From: Candidatus Marinacidobacterium sp. | GTDB taxonomy: Bacteria; Acidobacteriota; Vicinamibacteria; Marinacidobacterales; Marinacidobacteraceae | NCBI GenBank assembly: GCA_965220965.1 | Contig: OZ244852.1 | Coordinates: 64,001-128,000 of the forward strand | Reading direction: 5' to 3' | Length of the DNA: 64,000 nucleotides | Shown here: piece by piece, positions 27,578-35,985 of the stretch | Layout of the letters: the number at the start of each line of letters is the position of its first letter | Position numbering within the stretch: position 1 is the stretch's first letter | Translations under genes and position numbers: made by a program | The notes under the pieces: model-generated | What the model saw: the letters and a program-made list of their open reading frames with translations, nothing else | Told to the model about the DNA's origin: nothing | Databases searched by the model: none

Positions 27578-28869
27578 GGAACCAGCCCGATGTGGTCGCC
27601 GCGGTGGATCTGGGCTCGGACGCGGTCCGGACGGTGCTGGTCCGGGTCCCCGACGAGGCCGCGGAGGCCGAGAACCCCGACGCCCTCGAGGTTGTGGCCC
27701 AGGGACAGGCGGAGAGCGAGAACTCGATCCGCTACGGCGAAGTCGTCCGCGAGGCGAGCGCTTCGGAGGCGGTGCGGCTGGCGCTCGAAGAGATGGAGCA
27801 GGCCGCCGGAATCGAGGTGAACACCGCGTGGGTCTCGCTCGGAAGCCGGACCCGCCGGAGCATCAACTCCTCGGGTTCGGTCGCGGTGCTCGACCCGGCG
27901 CGCCCGATCACCGAGCGGGACGTCCGCCGGGCGGTGGAGGCGGCGATCCCGCGGGGCGGCGGCTGGCTGCGCCCGCCCTACGAGCTGCTCCATGCGCTTC
28001 CCCAGGAGTTCTGGGTGGACGATCTGGATGCGACCGACGACCCGGTGGGGTGGCGGGGGGCGAGCATCCAGTCCTTCGTCCACCTGATCGCCTGCCCGCG
28101 CTCGGTGCTCGTCGGGCTGGAGAAGGCGGTGAACGGCGCCGGGCTGGCCGTCGCCGGGCGCGGCGCCGGCGGCGTGGTCGCCGCCCCGCTGGCCGCCGGC
28201 TACGGGGTGCTCCACCGCGAGGAGCGCGGGGGCGACGTCCTGCTGCTCGACATCGGCGCGATGACGACCGACATCGCGGTCTTCCGGCGCGGCGTGCTCT
28301 GGCACTCCGATGTCATGCCGAGCGGGGGCCGGGCCTACACGAACGACATCGCCCGCGGACTGGGCATCGCCCACGCCAGCGCCGAGCGCATGAAGCGCCG
28401 CTCCGGCACGGCGCTCGTCGAGTCGGTGGACGCAGACGACCTGATCGAACTGGACCGGACCGCAGCTCCGACGGCCTCGCTCCTTCCCAGGCGGCTGCTG
28501 GCCGAGATCCTGCAGCAGCGGGCGCTCAGCGACTTCATCAAGATCCGCGACCAGCTTGGACGGGCGCTCTCCTCCGGGCTCCCGCGCCAGGTCGTCCTCA
28601 CCGGCGGCGGAGCGCGACTCGACGGCCTCAGCGAGGTGGCCCGGGTCGTGTTCGGCGTCGATGTCCACAGCCGCGGCCCCGGCGATCTTTCCGGCCAGAG
28701 CGATGTGGCCTCCCAGCCGCAGTTCGCCGGCGCCGTGGGCCTCGCCCGCTACGGCGCGCGCCAGCTCCGCATCGCCCCCCGGTCGCCGGCCCTCCCGCTG
28801 AAACCGATGCTGGAATCCGTCCGCGGCCATCTGCGCCGCGTCACCGGACGGCTCCGCCGCGCCCCATGA
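27574..28869 (+). CDS. ftsA: Cell division protein FtsA
   Basis: AVDLGS, LLDIGAMTTD, TNDIA..AERMK, VLTGGGA, C-terminal amphipathic helix. Confidence 0.92.
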   Translation: MRNQPDVVAAVDLGSDAVRTVLVRVPDEAAEAENPDALEVVAQGQAESENSIRYGEVVREASASEAVRLALEEMEQAAGIEVNTAWVSLGSRTRRSINSSGSVAVLDPARPITERDVRRAVEAAIPRGGGWLRPPYELLHALPQEFWVDDLDATDDPVGWRGASIQSFVHLIACPRSVLVGLEKAVNGAGLAVAGRGAGGVVAAPLAAGYGVLHREERGGDVLLLDIGAMTTDIAVFRRGVLWHSDVMPSGGRAYTNDIARGLGIAHASAERMKRRSGTALVESVDADDLIELDRTAAPTASLLPRRLLAEILQQRALSDFIKIRDQLGRALSSGLPRQVVLTGGGARLDGLSEVARVVFGVDVHSRGPGDLSGQSDVASQPQFAGAVGLARYGARQLRIAPRSPALPLKPMLESVRGHLRRVTGRLRRAP

Positions 28870-28911
28870 GCAGCGGTCGACTCCCCGTACTCCCCATCCA
28901 GGAGGCTATCC

Positions 28912-30411
28912 ATGGCCATGATCCTCTTCGCTGACGAACCGGCTTCCTCCTCCGTCGAGAAGCTCGCGCCCCCTCCGATCGCGTTCGCGGCGCCCTCCCC
29001 GTCGCCGCCAGCCGGGGACGCCTCCGCGCCGGCTTTCCCGCCGCCGCCCTCGAAGCCCGCCGCGCCGCCGCCCCCGAAGCCGGCCAGGCCGAGGCCGCGA
29101 CGCGCGGCCGACCGCGCCGTCATCAAGGTCGTCGGCGTCGGTGGCGGAGGCGGCAACTCGGTGAACCGCATGATGGAGGCCGGCGTCTCCGGCGTCGAGT
29201 TCATCGCGGTGAACACCGACGCCCAGGTTCTGGACCGCTCCGGGGCGCCGGTGAAGATCCAGATCGGCCGGGACCGCACCGGAGGGCTCGGATGCGGCGG
29301 GGATCCCGAGCAGGGGCGGCTCGCCGCCCGGGACGACATGGACGAGATCATCGACGCGGTCCGCGGGGCCGACATGGTGTTCCTCGCTGTCGGCGAAGGC
29401 GGGGGCACCGGGACCGGCGCCGCGCCGGTGGTCGCCTGCGCCGCGCAGGAGCTGGGAGCGCTGTGCGTTGCGGTGGCGACTCGCCCGCTCACCGTCGAGG
29501 GGCGGCGGCGCCGCGAGGCGGCGGACGACGGAATCCGCGAGCTGCGCGAGTACGTGGACACCCTGATCTGCGTCCCGAACGACCGGGTGCTCGAGGTCTA
29601 CGGCAGCCAGCCGATCCGCGCCGCGTTCCGTTGCGCGGACGATGTGGTGCGGCAGGCGGTCCAGGGGATCTCCGACCTGATCCAGACACCCGGCGAGATC
29701 AACCTCGACTTCGCTGACGTCCGCGCCGCGATGCGCGCCCGGGGCGACGCCGTCATGGGGATCGGAGTCGCCTCCGGGGCGGACCGGGTGGAGCGCGCCA
29801 CCCAGGCGGCGATCGAGTCTCCGCTGCTCGAGGACACCTCGATCCGCGGCGCCACCAGCATTCTCGTGAACGTCACCGGCGGCGAGAGCCTGACGCTCGA
29901 CGATGTGAACCGGGTCATGGAGCTGGTGCGCGAGGCGGTGGCGCCCGACCTGTCGGCCGGGCCCGGCGTCGAGCTGACCGACCCCGGAGACAACATCTTT
30001 CTCGGCACCGCGTTCGACCCGGAGATGGACGAAGAGGACGGCGGCCGGATCCAGGTGACGGTGGTGGCCACCGGCTTCCCGGACCGCAACCGCCGGGGCG
30101 CGACGCCGAGGGACTTCCTCAACTACGCGGCCCGCGCCCAGGCCAACGGAACCGACGGGCGGGCGAACGGTGGGGTCAACCCGGCGGAGGAGGAGGAACA
30201 AGGGCCGGCTTCGACGCCGGAGGAGCCCATCCGGATCTTCCGATCGGGAGGCGGGGAGGCGCGGCCGGCGCCGGAGCCCGCGCCCGCGACGTCGGCGGCG
30301 CCGGTCGAGGACGCGCCTTCGGTCTTCGACGCCCAGGAAGACGGCGACAGCCGCTGGGGCGACCTGGACACGCCGCCGTTCCTGAACCGCGGCGGCCGCC
30401 GGGAGCACTAG
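28912..30411 (+). CDS. ftsZ: Cell division protein FtsZ
   Basis: IKVVGVGGGGGN, GGGTGTG, INLDFADV, C-terminal DLDTPPFL. Confidence 0.97.
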   Translation: MAMILFADEPASSSVEKLAPPPIAFAAPSPSPPAGDASAPAFPPPPSKPAAPPPPKPARPRPRRAADRAVIKVVGVGGGGGNSVNRMMEAGVSGVEFIAVNTDAQVLDRSGAPVKIQIGRDRTGGLGCGGDPEQGRLAARDDMDEIIDAVRGADMVFLAVGEGGGTGTGAAPVVACAAQELGALCVAVATRPLTVEGRRRREAADDGIRELREYVDTLICVPNDRVLEVYGSQPIRAAFRCADDVVRQAVQGISDLIQTPGEINLDFADVRAAMRARGDAVMGIGVASGADRVERATQAAIESPLLEDTSIRGATSILVNVTGGESLTLDDVNRVMELVREAVAPDLSAGPGVELTDPGDNIFLGTAFDPEMDEEDGGRIQVTVVATGFPDRNRRGATPRDFLNYAARAQANGTDGRANGGVNPAEEEEQGPASTPEEPIRIFRSGGGEARPAPEPAPATSAAPVEDAPSVFDAQEDGDSRWGDLDTPPFLNRGGRREH

Positions 30412-30423
30412 GAGTTCGTCGAC

Positions 30424-31245
30424 CTGATCGAGGTCCTGCCCGCCGGGTTCGGGTGGCGGCTTTTTCCGCCGGGCCCGGGGCAACTCCCGGTCGAACGGCC
30501 GGTCGGGCTTCTCGTCGCGCCCGACTTCCCGGCGACGCACGGCTTCGCCTGCCGTTTCCGGGAGTCCGCGGCCGGGGACCTGGGACGCCGGGAGGCGGCG
30601 GCCTCCGACCTCGCGCTGCTCGCCGGCGCGCTGGGCGCCAGCGGGCTCCACGAACTGCGCCAGGTCCATGGCCGGAGCGTGCGCCGCTTCGGGACGGACC
30701 CGCCGGCGGCGGGGGCGCCCCCTCCGGAAGCGGACGGCTTCGTTGCGCTTCCCGGCGCGGCGGGCGCGGTGATCAAGACCGCGGACTGCGTTCCGGTCCT
30801 CCTCGCCGATCCCGCGACCGGCGCGGTCGGGGGGGCCCATGCCGGATGGCGGGGGAGCTGTCTCGGTGTGGCGCGGGCCGCGGTGGAGGCGCTCGCCGAA
30901 GCCACCGGGAGCGCGCCGTCCAGCTTCCACGCGCTGATCGGACCGGCGATCGGCCCCTGCTGTTTCGAAGTGGGGCCGGAAGTCCCGGCGGCGTTCGCCG
31001 CCGCCGGCAGGGATCCGGCGCGGATCACCGCCGCTGCGCCGAGCGCCCGCGGGAGGCCCTGCCTCGACCTCCCGAAGGAGAACCGGCTCCAGCTTCTGGA
31101 GGCCGGACTCGACGCCTCCCGGGTGACGGTCGCCGAAGTGTGCACGCGCTGCGAGCCCGCCTTCCACTCCTACCGGCGGGAGGGGTCGGGGGTCGGCCGG
31201 AACTGGTCGGTGGTCGTCCCGGCGGCCGTTCCCCCCGAACCGTAA
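30424..31245 (+). CDS. pgeF: PgeF/YfiH (laccase-domain purine nucleoside phosphorylase) family
   Basis: HGF, QVHG, TADCVPVLL, AHAGWRG, IGPAIGPCCFEVG, FHSYRR; start inferred at CTG 30424 after AGGAG. Confidence 0.85.
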   Translation: MIEVLPAGFGWRLFPPGPGQLPVERPVGLLVAPDFPATHGFACRFRESAAGDLGRREAAASDLALLAGALGASGLHELRQVHGRSVRRFGTDPPAAGAPPPEADGFVALPGAAGAVIKTADCVPVLLADPATGAVGGAHAGWRGSCLGVARAAVEALAEATGSAPSSFHALIGPAIGPCCFEVGPEVPAAFAAAGRDPARITAAAPSARGRPCLDLPKENRLQLLEAGLDASRVTVAEVCTRCEPAFHSYRREGSGVGRNWSVVVPAAVPPEP

Positions 31246-31255
31246 GAATCACCCC

Positions 31256-32629
31256 ATGTCCAAAGCGTCCCACCTCCTCGCTGTCACCCTCGTCCTCGCT
31301 CCCGTCGCGGCCGCCGCCCAGGCGCAGGAGCCGCCCGCCCGCGACCCGCGCCACTACGAGCTGCTGGAAGCGGTCTCCGCCGAGCGGATCGAGGCGGATA
31401 TCCGCACCCTCGCCGGATTCGGGACGCGGCACACGCTCTCGGAGACCGAAAGCGACACGCGGGGGATCGGGGCCGCCCGCCGCTGGATCCACGCCGAGTT
31501 CACCCGGATCTCGGAGGCCTGTGGAGGCTGCCTCGAGGTGTCCTTCCAGCGGACCGTCGTCCCCGGGAGGGAGGGGAGCCGGATCCCGGTGGACACCGAG
31601 GTCGTGAATGTCATCGCCAGACTCCCGGGCGCCTCGGACCCGAACCGGGTCGTCATCATGTCCGGGGACATCGACAGCCGGGTCTCGGACGCGAACGACT
31701 TCACCAGCGACTCCCCGGGGGCGAACGACAACGCCTCGGGCATGGCGGGCGCCATCGAGGCCGCCCGGGTGCTCACCCGGTCCGCCGGGTCCTTCGCGGC
31801 CACGATCATCCTCGCCGGCCTCTCGGGCGAGGAGCAGGGGCTCTTCGGCGGCCGGCACATGGCCGAACTGGCGACCCGCGAGGGCTGGGACGTCCAGGCC
31901 GTCCTGAACAACGACATGATCGGGAACATCGAGGGCGTGGACGGGGTGATCCAGAACAACTCCTTCCGGGTGTTTTCCGAGCCGACTCCGGTGACCGAGA
32001 CCGAGGAGGAGCGCCGCCGCCGGCGGTCCGCCGGCGGCGAGGTGGACGGGATTTCCCGGCAGCTCGCCCGCTACGTCGCGCGCATGACGGACGAGTACAT
32101 CCCGAACCTGGACGCGATGATGATCTACCGGCTCGACCGGTTCGGTCGCGGCGGGCACCACCGGCCATTCAACGACGCCGGCTTTCCCGGAGTGCGCATC
32201 ATGGAGACGCACGAGAACTACACCCGCCAGCACCAGACGCTGCGGGTCGAGGACGGGATCGAGTACGGGGACGTGATCGAGGGGGTGAACTTCGATTACG
32301 CCGCGAAGCTGACCGGCGTGAACGTGATCACCCTCGCCTCGCTGGCGTGGGCCCCGGGCCAGCCCCGCAACGTGGCCATCGCCGGAGCGGTCCGGCCGTC
32401 GGCGACCCTGTTCTGGGACCCGGTGGAATCCGACCGCCTGGCCGGCTACCGCGTCTACTGGCGCGAGACAACCGCCCCGCAGTGGACCCACTCGCGGTTC
32501 GTGGGTCAGGTGACCGAGCACACCTTCGAGAACCTGGTCATCGACAACTTCCTCTTCGGGGTGGCCTCGGTCTCGACCGACGGCAACGAGAGCGTGGTCT
32601 CGTTCCCGTCCTCGACCCGGCGCCGGTAG
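31256..32629 (+). CDS. Secreted M28 family peptidase with C-terminal FN3-like domain
   Basis: Signal peptide; PGANDNASG, GEEQGL, NNDMIG, GGHHRPF, HQ. Confidence 0.85.
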   Translation: MSKASHLLAVTLVLAPVAAAAQAQEPPARDPRHYELLEAVSAERIEADIRTLAGFGTRHTLSETESDTRGIGAARRWIHAEFTRISEACGGCLEVSFQRTVVPGREGSRIPVDTEVVNVIARLPGASDPNRVVIMSGDIDSRVSDANDFTSDSPGANDNASGMAGAIEAARVLTRSAGSFAATIILAGLSGEEQGLFGGRHMAELATREGWDVQAVLNNDMIGNIEGVDGVIQNNSFRVFSEPTPVTETEEERRRRRSAGGEVDGISRQLARYVARMTDEYIPNLDAMMIYRLDRFGRGGHHRPFNDAGFPGVRIMETHENYTRQHQTLRVEDGIEYGDVIEGVNFDYAAKLTGVNVITLASLAWAPGQPRNVAIAGAVRPSATLFWDPVESDRLAGYRVYWRETTAPQWTHSRFVGQVTEHTFENLVIDNFLFGVASVSTDGNESVVSFPSSTRRR

Positions 32630-32648
32630 CGAGAGTCCGGCCCGGCGC

Positions 32649-33221
32649 TTACCGGACCGGGCCCGGGTCCGCCTCCTCCTCCGGATCGGAAGGGCCCGGC
32701 GCGGCGGAGGGCTGCGCCTCGAAGCGCCAGTCGCTGTAGCGCCTCGCGCCCTCGTAGATCCGCAGGCTCAGTTCGTCGCTGGCGCTCGCGACGCCCAGGA
32801 TCCCGGGGACGGCCCCCGGCTCCGTGGGTCCGGCGGGCGCCGCCTCCACGAAGTCGCCGGCCATCGCGCCGGTCATCGCCCCGGGGGGGCCCGCCGGATT
32901 CGGGTTGGGCGAGGGCCGCAGCAGTCGGAACGGGCCCCGGGTCACCGGGTCCGACCAGACCCGGCGGAGATAGCCTCCCTCGACGAGTTCCTCGAGCGAC
33001 TCGGGGAGGGCGCCGGGCCGGTCGCGCTGGAAGCGCTCGATGGCCCGGACCACGGCCTCTCCCCGGAACACCAGCTCCGCCTCCTGTTCGCGCTGGAGCA
33101 CCCGGCTCCACAGGTTGACCGCGGCGAGCAGCCCGATTCCGAGCAGCGTCGCCCCGATCAGGACGCCGAACAGGACGTAGCCGTCTTCCCGACGTCCCCG
33201 TTCAGGCGCCTCGCTCACCAC
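32649..33221 (-). CDS. Type II secretion / type IV pilin-like protein (no Glu5)
   Basis: G|YVLFGVL prepilin-like N-terminus, REQEAELVFRG, YLRRVWSDP. Confidence 0.75.
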   Translation of the reverse strand: MVSEAPERGRREDGYVLFGVLIGATLLGIGLLAAVNLWSRVLQREQEAELVFRGEAVVRAIERFQRDRPGALPESLEELVEGGYLRRVWSDPVTRGPFRLLRPSPNPNPAGPPGAMTGAMAGDFVEAAPAGPTEPGAVPGILGVASASDELSLRIYEGARRYSDWRFEAQPSAAPGPSDPEEEADPGPVR

Positions 33222-33622
33222 TCGCGGTAGGGGCGCCCATCGCTCCCCGTCTGTTCGGACCGGCTGCGGACATCGGACACCCCGGCGGGGGCGTCAGGGA
33301 ACAGGGGGTCGTACCCGTCGCGGATCTCCTCCCAGAGGATGGAGCCGGTCATCGGGTCCTCCGGGATCTCGCGCAGGTAGCCCGCGACGACCAGATCCCC
33401 GAGCACCGCCGGGTATGCCTCCCGGTCCGCCTGGTACTGATCGAGGCGCTCCCGGATCACCGCCAGGTTGTGGCTCAGCACGGCTTCTTTCGCCTTGACC
33501 ACCTGCGCCTGGTAGCGCGGCGCGGCGATCGCGAACAGGATGCCGAGCACGAGGAGCACCAGCACCATCTCGATGAAGCTGAAGCCGGCGTCCCGGCGGG
33601 GCGCCCGGAGCCGATTCACCAT
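33215..33622 (-). CDS. GspG-like pseudopilin
   Basis: G|FSFIEM, AKEAVL..NL, YLREIPEDPMT. Confidence 0.85.
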   Translation of the reverse strand: MVNRLRAPRRDAGFSFIEMVLVLLVLGILFAIAAPRYQAQVVKAKEAVLSHNLAVIRERLDQYQADREAYPAVLGDLVVAGYLREIPEDPMTGSILWEEIRDGYDPLFPDAPAGVSDVRSRSEQTGSDGRPYREW

Positions 33623-34107
33623 GACCGGTAGGGCGTCCCGTCGAGCGCCCGCCGGGGGGACGCCGAGCGGAGGTCGTAGACGTTCTCGCCGCCCCAGCTC
33701 AGCGTGTCCGGGTCGTCCTGGTAGGAGCGGAGCAGCCAGTCGGACCGGCCGGTGAACGGGTCCACCGGAAGCCGCCGCAGGAACCGGATCACCGGCGCCC
33801 GCCCCTCCTCGTCGGGCGGCCCGGGAACCCCGTCCACCAGCGCCTCGAGGTCCGGGGGGTAGTTCCGGTGGTCGGGTTCGAGGAAGTCGGGCGAGATCTC
33901 TCCCTCTTCGGCCGCCGCGCGGTAGGCGTCGATCGCGAGCCGCGTCGTTCGGAGCTCGCGGCGCAGCTCGATCTCGCTGGCGCGGACCGACGCGACCCGC
34001 GCCACCGGGATCACCGCGAGGGCGAGGACTGCGAGGATCCCCGACGCCACCACCAGCTCGATCAGCGTGAAGCCTCGCTCCCGGCGCGCCGGGCGGGGGA
34101 CGGACAT
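33616..34107 (-). CDS. GspG-like pseudopilin
   Basis: G|FTLIEL, ELRREL..AIDAY, FLRRLPVDPFTG, ALDGTPY. Confidence 0.85.
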   Translation of the reverse strand: MSVPRPARRERGFTLIELVVASGILAVLALAVIPVARVASVRASEIELRRELRTTRLAIDAYRAAAEEGEISPDFLEPDHRNYPPDLEALVDGVPGPPDEEGRAPVIRFLRRLPVDPFTGRSDWLLRSYQDDPDTLSWGGENVYDLRSASPRRALDGTPYRSW

Positions 34108-35384
34108 CAGAACTGCGGGACCGAGGCCAGGCTCATCAGCGGCAGGTAGATCGCGAGGAGAACGAGCGCGACGAAGCCGCCGAGGAGGAGGAGCACGACC
34201 GGCGTCAGCAGGCTCAGCAGCACCGTGACCCGGTTCTCGATGACCTCGTCGTTGAAGTCGCTCACGCTGGAGACCATCCGCGCCAGATCGCCGGTTCCTT
34301 CCCCCACCCGGACCATCTGGAGCGCGAAGCCCGGGATCTCGCCGCTCGCGCCCAGCGCCTCGACGAACGGCCTTCCCTCGGAGACCTCTCGGGCGGCGGG
34401 CTCGAGCGCCGACCGCAGGTGGCGGTTCCCCACCGAGCCGGCGGCCACCGGAATCGCGTTCGCCAGCGGCATCCCGCCGGCGAGCAGCGCGCCGAGCGAA
34501 CGGCAGAACTGGGAGACGGCGTAGAGGCGCAGGACCTCCCCCACCCCCGGCAGCCGGAGCAGCAGACGGTCCCGGATGCGGCCGGACTCCGGTCGGCGCG
34601 ACCAGACGAGGCCCAGCGCCCCGAGGGCGGCCCCACCGCCGAGAACCCATCCCAGGTGGGTGCGGACGCCTTCCGCCACCGACAGCAGGACGGTCGTCAG
34701 CGCTGGCAGCTCCTGGCCGAATCCGGCGAAGAAGGGGATGAACTCGGGAACGACGCCGAGCAGGAGAAAGGCGGCGGTCCCGAGGAGCGCGGTGAGCAGG
34801 AAGATCGGGTAGACCAGCGCCGCGGTGAGCTGGGACCGGGCCCGCACCGCCACCCGGAACGCTTCGGTGAAGCGGGCGAGCATGCCGGGAAGGTCCCCGC
34901 TCGTCTCCCCCGCCTGGAGGCAGGCGGCGTACACCGGCGGGAAGAAGGAGAAGCGCCGGACCGCGCGGCTCATCGGCTCGCCGCTCCGGATATCCCGCAG
35001 GACTTCCGAGACCGCGGCGCGGAGCGTGCGGTTGTCCATGCGCTCGGTCATGATCGCGAGCGACTCGGCGAGCGGCAGCCCGGCGCGCAGCAGGGCGGCG
35101 AGTTCCTGGTTGAACAGCAGCACGTCGCGGCTGCGGACGGCGGGAGCGCGGAGCCGGGCCCAGGATGAGCTCTCCAGGCCGGCAGCCGGCGTCCGGTCGC
35201 GGGCGGCCCCGCCGCCGAAGAGCCGGAGCCAGGGAACGGCGAGCCCCGGAACGCGCCGCACGTGGAAGACGATGAAGCCTTCGCGCTCGAGCGCTTCGCG
35301 GGCGGCGTCGGGAGTCCGGGCCTCGATCCGCCGTCGGCGCAGCTCCCCCGCCGGTTCTCCGATCTGGCACAGGTACTCGGCCAC
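34107..35384 (-). CDS. pilC: PilC/GspF inner membrane platform protein
   Basis: FNQELAALLRAGLPL, AGETSGDL, ALVYP, VGEGTGDL, AIYLP. Confidence 0.88.
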   Translation of the reverse strand: MAEYLCQIGEPAGELRRRRIEARTPDAAREALEREGFIVFHVRRVPGLAVPWLRLFGGGAARDRTPAAGLESSSWARLRAPAVRSRDVLLFNQELAALLRAGLPLAESLAIMTERMDNRTLRAAVSEVLRDIRSGEPMSRAVRRFSFFPPVYAACLQAGETSGDLPGMLARFTEAFRVAVRARSQLTAALVYPIFLLTALLGTAAFLLLGVVPEFIPFFAGFGQELPALTTVLLSVAEGVRTHLGWVLGGGAALGALGLVWSRRPESGRIRDRLLLRLPGVGEVLRLYAVSQFCRSLGALLAGGMPLANAIPVAAGSVGNRHLRSALEPAAREVSEGRPFVEALGASGEIPGFALQMVRVGEGTGDLARMVSSVSDFNDEVIENRVTVLLSLLTPVVLLLLGGFVALVLLAIYLPLMSLASVPQF

Positions 35385-35455
35385 GCGTCGTCCCCGATGG
35401 TAGTCCGCCGCGCCGCAACCGGCTGCTAGACTCGATTTCGGGAGGGTTGGCGGAC

Positions 35456-35968
35456 ATGAGCCGAAAGAAGACGATGCGGAAGAAGCGCCGGCTGCGCGGC
35501 GCCGCGGCGCGGGGAGGCCAGGCTTCGGCGGGGCAGGTCCTCGCCGAGAACCGGCGCGCGCGCCGGAACTACACCCTGCTCGACCAGTTCGAGGCCGGGA
35601 TCGCGCTCACCGGCCCGGAGGTCAAGTCCTGCCGGAACGGCGGCGCCAACCTGAAGGACGCCTACGGGCGCGAGCGCGGCGGGGAGCTCTTCCTGGTGAA
35701 CTGCCACATCGCGCCCTACACCCACGCCGCCGGCGATCAGGGCAACCCCGATCGCAGCCGCAAGCTGCTGCTCCACGGCGACGAAATGCGGCGGATCGCG
35801 GGCAAGCTGAGCACCACCGGCCTCACGCTGGTGCCGCTGCGGATCCACGTGCGCGCCGGCTGGATCAAGGTCCAGCTCGCGCTCGCCAAGGGCAAGAGCC
35901 AGCGGGATCGCCGCGAGACGATCCGCCAGCGCGAGGCCGAGCGCGAAGTCCGGGCGGCGCTCGGGTAG
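35456..35968 (+). CDS. smpB: SsrA-binding protein
   Basis: NRRARRNY, EAGIALTGPEVKS, RKLLLH, LAKGK..DRRE; GGAGGG RBS. Confidence 0.95.
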   Translation: MSRKKTMRKKRRLRGAAARGGQASAGQVLAENRRARRNYTLLDQFEAGIALTGPEVKSCRNGGANLKDAYGRERGGELFLVNCHIAPYTHAAGDQGNPDRSRKLLLHGDEMRRIAGKLSTTGLTLVPLRIHVRAGWIKVQLALAKGKSQRDRRETIRQREAEREVRAALG

Positions 35969-35985
35969 ACGACGCGGGCGGCCGG

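Noticed and set aside
29030-29050. FPPPP (EVH1-ligand-like) motif in the FtsZ extension
   Set aside because: Expected by chance in a Pro-rich stretch of a cytoplasmic protein; no evidence for host mimicry
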